The translations under genes and the position numbers were made by a program. From Paraspadella gotoi (lineage: Eukaryota; Animalia; Chaetognatha): a DNA stretch of 64,000 bases. The notes under the pieces were generated by a model. The model was not told the DNA's origin. It saw only the letters and a program-made list of their open reading frames with translations, and searched no databases. Location of the stretch: NCBI GenBank assembly GCA_051294375.1, contig CM119264.1, positions 7,213,814 through 7,277,813 of the forward strand, read 5' to 3'. Shown in pieces: positions 37,321 to 47,368 of the stretch (the first letter of the stretch is position 1; the number at the start of each line of letters is the position of its first letter).

Positions 37321-39812
37321 ATGTCGCCAAAAACGACGTCGACGACGACGATGACGACGACGAAAATAACGTTGGTTTTCACTTTCAGTTTATTCCTTCT
37401 GCTGTTTATTCACGGTGAGACGCGTAAACACAACTGAACGGAATTGAAAAGCTGAAGACTTTTTTTTTTTTACTTATAAAACGTTAGGAAATATAAATTT
37501 TATTTATTTCGAATTTGGAACCTTATTAATTTTTAATCAGCATTTTTAGTTTGGTATAAGTTTAATTTCCGTTCAGCTGAGTTTCATTTTAACTTCAACG
37601 ACAATTTAATTAAAAATCCAATGAAATTCAGTCGAGGCGCAACGAAGACCAGGAGGAAGACCCGTTCAAGGCTTCGGAAGACCTTTTCGTCCCGGTGGAA
37701 GACCCCCTCAAGGTTTCGGGAGACCTTTCCGACCTGGAGGAAGACCCGGGCAAGGTTTGGGGAGACCTTTCCGGCCTGAGTTTGGAAGACCCGGCAGACC
37801 GGACGTCAACGGTAACAACAACGCCAGCGCAGTCAACGACAGACCTCTCTCTCACTGGTTCGGCGGAAGAGGGTCGTGCTCTAGGGTCCGTCGCTCGCCG
37901 TCCTGTCCCATGATTCCTGGTCTTAATGACCCAAGAGAATTTCGACGCCGCTGCATGAGAGAGAGTCGAGCGGCGCTAAGCTGCGATCGAGGTAGGGTCA
38001 TCCCGGAACAGCGTGTTTTGATAAATTCTGAATGCAATGGTACAGTCTGGTCAGAGTCCTTCGAAGATTATAATTATTGACTTGTTGAGTAGCGTGGAGC
38101 ACTGGGGAACAGAAATTTTATTTGAGCGAACAAACTAGGATGTTTAGACGTGAGATAGTATGATTAAGGCGTACAAAAAATATTTTGCTTATATTGTTTG
38201 GGGAACAGTATCATTAATTACAATATATTTATAGTAATATCCTTATAAAATAATATATTTTCAAAATAATTTTTTAAAAATTTTTATTAGAGATTCTGAT
38301 TCTACATAAAAAGTTATATCAAAAATTATAAAATATGTTAGTAAAAGTTTCAATGTCTTCACCTTCAAAAATAAAAAAAAGTCCAAATTCTCAACTTTTT
38401 TCACGCTCTGTAGTAGAAACTATTATATAATGAAACGTTTAGTCATTTTCCGCAGCTTTAACCTAAAAAATATTATGAAACATATTTTACAAAAGTTTTT
38501 AAGTTTTTTTTCTAGCGAATTTGAAACAGTTCTTAAAGATTTGAAAAAATATGATTTTGAAATTTATAATTTTATAAGGATATTACTATAAAGAAAATTA
38601 ATTTATGATACTGTTATGAAAATTTTTTTTGAAAAGGGACTTAGTTATATTTTTTAAAAAATGTTTTATTTAATATACAAAGGCCGCAAAAAAATGACTG
38701 TTCCATCGGGCGGACGAGGATGCGGACTCATGAGAAAAAATTACTTCATATGAAATAGAGATTATTTATCCGGTTATTTTCGTTTTTATTAGTTGCGCCG
38801 CGAGTACTCGGGCACTCTCCCCCTTTAGGAAATCCTAAAACTACAAGGAATAAAAGAGTGAATTTCGATGCAGTGCATGTCATAAATACAAGGGCTAAGA
38901 AAGTTTTTTAGTCCAGTCATGTCATGTCATATAATGTGAAGAGAATATACACGTGAAAATAGAAGTACTGGCGGCGCAACACATTGGAATCACCGTTCTT
39001 GTTTACGCGATTAACAGGTTGCGACCAATGTTGCTGTCCGGTTTTGAACGGAGATAGTAGCTGCGGTTTTACATGTCAACCTCTGGTCGACCCAACACCG
39101 AAACAGGGTCAATGTCCCACCAACGAGACAAACCCAACGCCGATTCCCAGACAAATGGACGTTTTTGAAACGCGAAAGAATTACGATGTTTATGGTATGA
39201 AAATCCATACCAAACGAGTAGCAGATACTACGTCCCTACAACATACTAACAATTCTCTTACTCTCATCAGACGTGCCCTCTCTGAGTCAATTCGCCTCTG
39301 CTCGTTCCCCCTGGACCGTCGATCGGAGCGCCCCCGTCGCCGGCGGACCCAACGTCGGCCGTCGCTTGGGTTGGGTCCACGGTTTTTGCCGATACGCGGT
39401 TATCACGGGAAAAGCCGGTCCGCCGCTGTGCAGGTGCACGACTTTATTTGCAAGGCTAGTTTTATTAACATGCATAACCGTTGTGATAATCCCGAGTAAA
39501 AATCAGGCTGTAAACAATACAATAAATTGTCCATAAGGTTCTACAACTTGAGAATTGTTAATTTCCTGAGGGTAAGTTGAAAAATGATCTGGACAATAAG
39601 AAGAACAAGTAGCGTAATTCCTATCCCGAGTACTCGCGGCGCAACTAAAAACGTAAAAGCCAAGAGAGGCAAAGCATTTGGTCTATCCGATCATTCAAAA
39701 CAGACACGACGGCGACTGCCCCGCCGCGCAGAAATGCTGCTCTGCTCCGTCTGACGCCGACGACTTTCTATCGCTTTGCAAGAGAAGCTGCGTCGACGTC
39801 ACCGTGGCGTGA
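37321..39812 (+). CDS. Secreted double-WAP-domain protein A (300 aa) with Arg/Pro/Gly-rich N-terminal repeats; crustin/DWD-like
   Basis: Five exons: 37321-37414, 37632-37991, 39018-39194, 39271-39433, 39704-39812. All introns GT-AG, phases 1,1,1,2, total 903 nt, no internal stops; TACTAAC branch site at 39244. Signal peptide ends ...LFLLLFIHVEA, followed by (RPGGRPxQG[FL]GRPF)x3. Cys domain 1: CPM..C..C..C..CCCP..CGFTC. Domain 2: KQGQCP...C...CRHDGDCPAAQKCC...CKRSC, the 8-Cys WAP pattern. Confidence 0.85.
37646..37775 (+). repeat. Coding 42-bp tandem repeat, three copies
   Basis: Encodes RPGGRPVQGFGRPF / RPGGRPPQGFGRPF / RPGGRPGQGLGRPF, with many of the differences at synonymous positions. 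Confidence 0.85.
38204..38615. mobile_element. AT-rich foldback MITE-like element in intron 2 of WAP gene A
   Basis: Left arm AACAGTATCAT...TTTATAGTAATATCCTTATAAAA is the reverse complement of right arm TTTTATAAGGATATTACTATAAA...ATGATACTGTT. CAGT...ACTG ends recall Tc1/mariner, but there is no clean TA target duplication. Confidence 0.65.
38788..38982 (+). mobile_element. Short copy of the same interspersed repeat family, with inverted ends
   Basis: GTTGCGCCGCGAGTAC at 38792 and near-complement GTACTGGCGGCGCAAC at ~38965. Internal TAAAACTACAAGGAATA...GGGCTAAGAAAGT resembles 33925-33963. Confidence 0.55.
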
Positions 39813-40325
39813 CGTTGCAGGGACCTCCAAATGGACAGAGAATTAACGTCGAAATTCTTGCTGACAACAGAAGGCGCGCCGATGCTGCCGGCGAATCTTT
39901 AAAAGGAATTATAAATGAAGAATGACAATTTTTTTTTGATAATAGTTTCTTATCTACTACTAACTTTCATTAATTTCCTGTAACTGAGTAAACAATGAAA
40001 AAAAGTCCTTTTCATTTTTACGATTGAATTTATTAATTAGACATTTTTGTTTCATTAGTAAATGTAATTCGTTAACCATCGAAATTTTTTTTTAATTAAT
40101 TTCATACACTGCTTTTATTATTTTTTCAATTAATATACATTTCTGGATCATGTCGTCTTTCTCAAATATCACGTGATACGTGCCACTTCAGGCCACAAAA
40201 GGTTTAATTAACCGTATGATTTAAATCCTTTATAAGTACATTTCAACGATCATGTTCATTTTTCCTGCGATTAACACAAAACTCAACACAATTTTTCATC
40301 GAGTTTTTTTCTAAATCGCAAAAAA

Positions 40326-41731
40326 ATGTTCGGAATCAAGGAATGGATTTTCGGTAAGTTTAAACCAAACTCGAAGCAGCTCGTTTCAGCGAGATTCTTT
40401 AGACAAAAAATAGTTGTTTTAAACTTAAAGCCGGAAATCGCGAGATGGCTTCGCTAATTTCATTTGTTTCCCAAATCATATTCAGTTTTGGTGGTCGTTG
40501 TCATTCAGATCCTCGCCATGGTAATGCCTGCGCCGTCGAGATTGAACAACACCGCATCCTTAACACTGTCGTCGATAACATCAGCTGTGCAAGGCCCAGG
40601 AGGAAACTTTGACTTGATGAAAGGATTCAAAAACATGTTTAAAATGAATAATGGAAAAAAGAAAGTATTAGCTAGTAAACTTGGAACGTTACAAGGGATG
40701 CAAGTATCGAGAATAACAAATAAAATGAACAGTTATGGTGGACTAAAATCCACCATCCGTTCAGCAGCGGCCATTGGTGCCGGAGGCAAGACATTCGCCT
40801 CCCAACCCAAAGGTCCGGGGTTCTAGCCCGGTGGTCGTCTGGCAGTTACGAGGGACGGGGCGCTTAACCCGCCTGTAACACGGTGTTACAGCCTGTTCCG
40901 AAGCTCAGGGACTGCTTATATTGAACGGTTCTGTCATCAACACTTATCAATAATTACTGTCTCTTCACAGTCAAGGAATGAAAGAGATGCCGAGTATGCA
41001 AGGAATGAACAGCTTTGGAGGAATGAGAGGAATTCCAAGTATGGGAGAAAGGCCTGGTCTTTTTTCCGGCAATCGAAACTTCCAACTTCATAACGTCGGT
41101 TAATAAATCTTAATCCTACTACAACGTAAATTATACGTATAAGTATCTTAATCATAAAACGTTACGAGTCGCATTAAAAATCGTTTAATATTCTATTTTT
41201 TCCTGTTTTCTCAAAACCCTCGCCTCTCTATAAGACCATGGGCTTTGCAGCTAATGACAAAAATAAGGTTCCGGATAATATGGAAATGTTATTCATGCCC
41301 AGACTGGAAATTTGTCCGATGTCCAAAGGTAATCTAGTTATTCTAGAAAAAAATATTTAATAACGTTAGTATAATATTAAAATTCGCTCCCCTCATCCAG
41401 TCAGCAACATTTCTTTTGAGACGAAGGCTCTTTGCTTGATGGCGCAAGAGGAATGCAGCAATTGCGCAGATGGTCAAGTTTGTTGTCCTGAAATCTCTTT
41501 AAGAAACGGAAATCGAGGTGAGTTCGGAGAACTTCGTCGTCGTCTTCGTCGTCGTCTTCGTTGTCGTCCGTTTCTCTTTAAAATGAACATCGATGGATCT
41601 CCCCCTGTCATAAATTGAAAATATAAATATCAATCAATCAATCAATTAATCAATCAATAAATCAATAAACCAATTAATCAATTAATTACTCAATCAATTA
41701 ATCAATCAATAAATTAATCAATCAATCAATT

Positions 41732-41806
<75 letters not shown>

Positions 41807-42344
41807 TTGTTTTTTTTCTCCAGTTTGCAACTGGAATTGCGAGAGGAAAGTCTCCCCTGAGAACAAGCCCGGCAGATGTCCCGGTAGTCTGTATTCTTCC
41901 GGCAACTCTTCTTTTGCCATCTACGACCGCCAGTTCAACGGCGGCGCCTCGGCGGCCAGTCACGCCAACGTGGACTACGTGGCGTTCAACGCCGACGCTG
42001 ACCAACCCGGCAGCCACACTTCCGGCGCCGTTGGTCACGAAGGCCACGACTCGGCTTCAAACTTGGACCGAAACGCCCAGGCCAGCCCCGCCGGTTTCAA
42101 CCACGGATCAGTTACCATTGATGACCTCGAATTTCGCGTCATTTTGAATCCGATTATGCATTCGATGGAGCAAATGGAGCGACATCTGTGGTTGGACGGA
42201 TACTGTTCCTTTTTGTCTCTTCACGGAAAAGTGGCGGCGGATGAGTGCAGGTTTGAAGCGTAGCGTCATTGACTGACTCTTTGGATGTCGGAACGATGCG
42301 ATGAGTTCTCGTTTCGATCCAGACACGATGGAGATTGCGCCGAT
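40326..42344 (+). CDS. Secreted double-WAP-domain protein B, paralog of A; 3' end lost in gap
   Basis: Exons 40326-40353, 40486-~40737, ~40976-41098, ~41251-41328, 41401-41517, 41824-42250, 42323->42344. Signal peptide MFGIKEWIFVLVVVVIQILAMVMP; Met/Gly-rich arm (QGMKEMPSMQGMNSFGGMRG). Domain 1: CPMSK..C..CSNCADGQVCCP..CNWNC. Domain 2: KPGRCP...WLDGYC...CR|HDGDC, with the same phase-2 intron as gene A. Boundaries of exons 2-4 are uncertain. Confidence 0.8.
40767..40900 (+). mobile_element. tRNA-derived SINE-like insert in intron 2 of WAP gene B
   Basis: 40767-40838: GCGGCCA...TGGTCGT acceptor-like stem, A-box-like TGGTGCCGGAGG, CTCCCAA loop, B-box-like GGTTCTAGCCC. The anticodon stem does not pair, so it is not a functional tRNA. 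Confidence 0.55.
41630..41805. repeat. (CAAT)n microsatellite in an intron of WAP gene B
   Basis: Degenerate then perfect ATCA repeats just upstream of the acceptor at 41823. Confidence 0.9.
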
Positions 42345-44211
42345 NNNNNNNNNNNNNNNNNNNNNNNNNNNNNNNNNNNNNNNNNNNNNNNNNNNNNNNN
42401 NNNNNNNNNNNNNNNNNNNNNNNNNNNNNNNNNNNNNNNNNNNNNNNNNNNNNNNNNNNNNNNNNNNNNNNNNNNNNNNNNNNNNNNNNNNNNNNNNNNN
42501 NNNNNNNNNNNNNNNNNNNNNNNNNNNNNNNNNNNNNNNNNNNNNNNNNNNNNNNNNNNNNNNNNNNNNNNNNNNNNNNNNNNNNNNNNNNNNNNNNNNN
42601 NNNNNNNNNNNNNNNNNNNNNNNNNNNNNNNNNNNNNNNNNNNNNNNNNNNNNNNNNNNNNNNNNNNNNNNNNNNNNNNNNNNNNNNNNNNNNNNNNNNN
42701 NNNNNNNNNNNNNNNNNNNNNNNNNNNNNNNNNNNNNNNNNNNNNNNNNNNNNNNNNNNNNNNNNNNNNNNNNNNNNNNNNNNNNNNNNNNNNNNNNNNN
42801 NNNNNNNNNNNNNNNNNNNNNNNNNNNNNNNNNNNNNNNNNNNNNNNNNNNNNNNNAAAAATATTAAAAGTTATTTATGTTTTGGTTTTCTTTTTTAACT
42901 CTCCGTTTATATGTCAAAAATAATAATTTTTAACGCTACTGGTTTCAAGACTATATGTAAGTTAAAATGTAAATATGTAAGTATCTCACTCTACTTAATA
43001 TTTGATCCTTTCTTTCTTTCTTTCTTTCTTTCTTTNNNNNNNNNNNNNNNNNNNNNNNNNNNNNNNNNNNNNNNNNNNNNTTACTTTCTTTTTTTCTTTC
43101 TTTCTTTCTTGTTTTATCCTTTTCTGACGCTTTCTTTCTTTCTTTTTCCTTTTTTCTTTTTTTTTATCTCACTCTACTTTCCCTTTTCCGTTTTTCGCTC
43201 CGTTTGTTTCTCTTAATTTTCTTCGGCAGAGAAAAAAAAAGGAACTTCACACCTTTTTTCTTTTTATTGTTTGTTTATCTTTTGTTTGCCTTTTGTTTAC
43301 GTCGTTCATTTCGGCTTCGTCGCGCCCCCTAATGTCACTCTCTCTCTCTCTCTCTCCGTTTTTTCTCTCCTGTCTTTTTATGTTCTTATCTCTGCGCTGG
43401 CGACGGCGTATTCCAATCTTGGACGAGGAGAGACAATGGCTGACACCTGTTACCTGATTTATGCAACACATCTTCGTGTTTGCTTCTCTTCCGCTTTAGC
43501 GTCTTATGTTTTTTCTTCTTCTCCTTTCTTTTCTTCTTTTTCTCCTTCTTTTCTTCTTCTTCTTCTTCTTCTTCTTCTTCTTCTTCTTCTTCTTCTTCTT
43601 CTTCTCTATTTTTCTTATTCTTTATCCTAAGGTTATTTGTTATTTTCCTTCATTTCTAAGTATACGTTGTCATTGAGTATAGTCTTCACGGTGAAAGTAT
43701 TACTTTTAAACTTTCTGGATTTTAAGGATTGTCATAAAATAAAGTAAATTAAATGCTTGCAGACACTGAAAAAAAAAGCATCATTATGTATTTCTTGACA
43801 AAATCATATTGAATATAGCGTGTCGAGAGTTCCTAACTATTGGCGTATCTTGCTGTTTAAGTAATAATCACCATTTTTGACGAAAAAAAAAAGAAAGACA
43901 AGAAAAAAGGTAAAAATCAACAACGATTGTGAGAGATAAATGGAAGGAAGACGAGAGAGAGAAACTGAGAATGAAAGAAGAAGAGGAAAAAGAAGAAAGT
44001 TTCTGAGACGAAAAGAAAACAAGGAACGGTTATTCCAAGGTGTTGCTTTCTTATCCCTTTTTTCGTCTATTTATTGTTTATTTATTTATTTATTTATTAT
44101 TTCGTATATTTATTCAAAAACAAAAGGCGGCACTATGAGTCGCTAAGATTTGAGGTTTTTTTTCGGTTTACCAAATGAGAAACGAACTATAGGCAAGTTA
44201 TAAGCGTTTGC

Positions 44212-44312
44212 AACGTAAGTGGGACAGACCGACGGACAGACATACCGACCGACCGACCGACGGACCGACTGACCGACCGACAGACTGATTACTCGCGGCG
44301 CGACTAAAAACT
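44212..44312 (-). mobile_element. HINE/DINE-1-like repeat fragment
   Basis: AACGTAAGTGGGACAGAC...(GACC)n...TACTCGCGGCGCGACTAAAAA is the reverse-complement counterpart of 33710-33826. Confidence 0.6.
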
Positions 44313-44626
44313 AAAAGAAGTAAACTGAAAGAAAGAATGACTAAGAAAAATAGGGACGAGAAAAAAAAGAAGGAAAAGGAAAAAGAAAATTAAAAGTTTG
44401 TGGAAGGAAAACGTTAAAAAAAAAAATAGATACAAAATTTTAGGGTTTGGTTAAAAGAATAAAGAAAAAAATGTACGATGATGATAAAATATAAAGAAAA
44501 CACAAATAAGAAAGAAAAAGAGAAAAAGAAATATTTTTCCCAGTTTCATCTCGGACCAATTTTCATCACAACCAACACCTGGAATATGAGGTCATGACCT
44601 GGCCTGGATCATTTGGACACACTACA

Positions 44627-44749
<123 letters not shown>

Positions 44750-45003
44750 CACTATAGTATGAACACATTCAATTTACATCTACAATTCTGGGAACTAAAA
44801 TAACAATATAAAACAGAATTCGTTCAGTCAACGACAATGAAACCTAGAGTTATGTTAAAAGCTCTATTAAGCTTTCTTTGTTAATATAATATGTTTAGTC
44901 CAAATCCACTTTTGCAGTCAGAACGAATTCACGCGACGTCGTCGACCAAAGGGTTATTTCCCCACAAATGAGGCCAACTGTTAAATATAAAAACAATAGG
45001 GGG

Positions 45004-45077
<74 letters not shown>

Positions 45078-47296
45078 ATATTGTCGATTCCGCATTCTCG
45101 ACACGGACGAAAAAGGGAACGATTGCGATTTCCGATTTGAATCACGAAAAACAATAACCGACATTTTTTTTTCCGACATTTTTTTTTTTATTTTCGCATC
45201 GATTTTTATTTTTCCAGTTTCACTCGCGCAAATTCTCTGCGTGAGAATCGCGCGATACTTCGGTCGTAAAATGTTCTTTTGGTCCGAATGTCGCATTGCT
45301 CTTTGTCAGCTTAGAAATGAGGCTGTCCAACTGTCTGTCTGTCTGACCATTTGCGCTTTTGTATTATGACCGTGTGTGCGTGTAAGACATATAAGTATGT
45401 ATGTTTGTGTGTTTTTTTTTCGAGTGCGTGTCTGTCGATCTGTGTCATTTCCTTGTCTGTCCGTTAGAACTTTTTTGAGGGGTTTGTGTATGAGTGTCTG
45501 TTTGTCTTGGTTTGAGTATCTGTCTGTCAGTTTTCTCTGTCTGAGAGAATTGCCGAGAGTATTTTCGGGATTTCTGCTAGATGCTCGTAATTATTGCTTA
45601 TCAAAAACTATATCCTTTAATTCTTTTTACAAACATTTTTTTTTCAGCTTGGTTGTATACCACAAAGCGAGAAAAAAATGCAAAGAAGAAAGGGAAAAAT
45701 AGGGAAACAAAAGAGAAGTTCTAAAATGTGAGATTCAAAAAAAAAAAANNNNNNNNNNNNNNNNNNNNNNNNNNNNNNNNNNNNNNNNNNNNNNNNNNNN
45801 NNNNNNNNNNNNNNNNNNNNNNNNNNNNNNNNNNNNNNNNNNNNNNNNNNNNNNNNNNNNNNNNNNNNNNNNNNNNNNNNNNNNNNNNNNNNNNNNNNNN
45901 NNNNNNNNNNNNNNNNNNNNNNNNNNNNNNNNNNNNNGGAGAAGTTAGAAAACCAGTTTTCTTTTGAAGTAATGAATACGAAGTCACCTCTCCTGGCCTC
46001 TGAGAGGGGCCGACTTCGGTGCGCATGTGGGAAAANNNNNNNNNNNNNNNNNNNNNNNNNNNNNNNNNNNNNNNNNNNNNNNNNNNNNNNNNNNNNNNNN
46101 NNNNNNNNNNNNNNNNNNNNNNNNNNNNNNNNNNNNNNNNNNNNNNNNNNNNNNNNNNNNNNNNNNNNNNNNNNNNNNNNNNNNNNNNNNNNNNNNNNNN
46201 NNNNNNNNNNNNNNNNNNNNNNNNNNNNNNNNNNNNNNNNNNNNNNNNNNNNNNNNNNNNNNNNNNNNNNNNNNNNNNNNNNNNNNNNNNNNNNTAGAGT
46301 GTGTGATGCTATCCTTGAATGAATCTCCGGGGTGCGATCGTCTTCAATATGGAAGAAAACGGTGAGTAAGAGAGACGACGACGACGAAGACGACGACAAA
46401 GACGGAAAAGATGACGACAATGACGACGACGACGACGACGAAGAAGAAAACTTCCAAATTTTTTCTTGAGCGAGTTGAGAATCGGATTACCCAGTCTCGA
46501 TTTAGAAAAAATAGTAATTAAACTAAGTATTTATTATGAAAGAATTTTAAAATTTTTAAAATTTTCAATTGTTTTGGTATTTAATCTGAGTTGTAAAATC
46601 GGCAGCAACGGTATTTGCGATTCCAACGATTGAACCCTGTACCAAAACCCGAAAGTACAGCTAAACTGAACACAGCAGACTCTACAGTCCACAGCAACTG
46701 GCAAAGTAGCTTTACAACGGAGCCAACTTAATTCACGAGTCCTTCGAGAAGAAAGATTCACAAAAAAAATCACTTTTTCTCCTCTCGCCATATTTCCCTT
46801 TTTTCTCACCAATATATTTTTTAATGTGATTTTTTCCCCCCATTTTTCATTCTCTATTTTTTTCGGCGATTTTTCATTTTGTTCTTTTCTTTTTTCGCTT
46901 TCACACTTTTTCTCTTTTCTGTTTCGCTTTGACTTCATTTATTTTTTTATTTTTTGCTAACCAACTTACCTTCCATTTACTTAATCATTTTTTAGTCTTT
47001 TTTTTTCTTTAAATAATTGAAAGCCTCCTTTATTATTTTTATCTCTATAATTTCATATTTTTTATCTATTCTTTTTTACTATTTTTATATCTCATATCAT
47101 CAAAATTATCTTCGAGACTAAAAAATTTAAAAAAAATTTTTTTGCAAGAACTAGAGAATTTGACCGGTGGCGTCTCAGTCATCGACTTCAGATAAAAATA
47201 AAAATCGATTTCCTTCAAAACGAAATGAAAATCTGTCGAAAATTGTTGGTTTGACGCCCAATCCACTTTGAAGTCTACATGGCGCGAATATTTAAA

Positions 47297-47368
<72 letters not shown>

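Noticed and set aside
37646-37790. Spaced direct repeats superficially like a CRISPR array
   Set aside because: Eukaryotic exon with a 42-bp coding period, no unique spacers and no cas genes.
40767-40838. Functional tRNA-Gly gene
   Set aside because: Anticodon stem unpaired and T-loop degenerate; treated as a SINE head.
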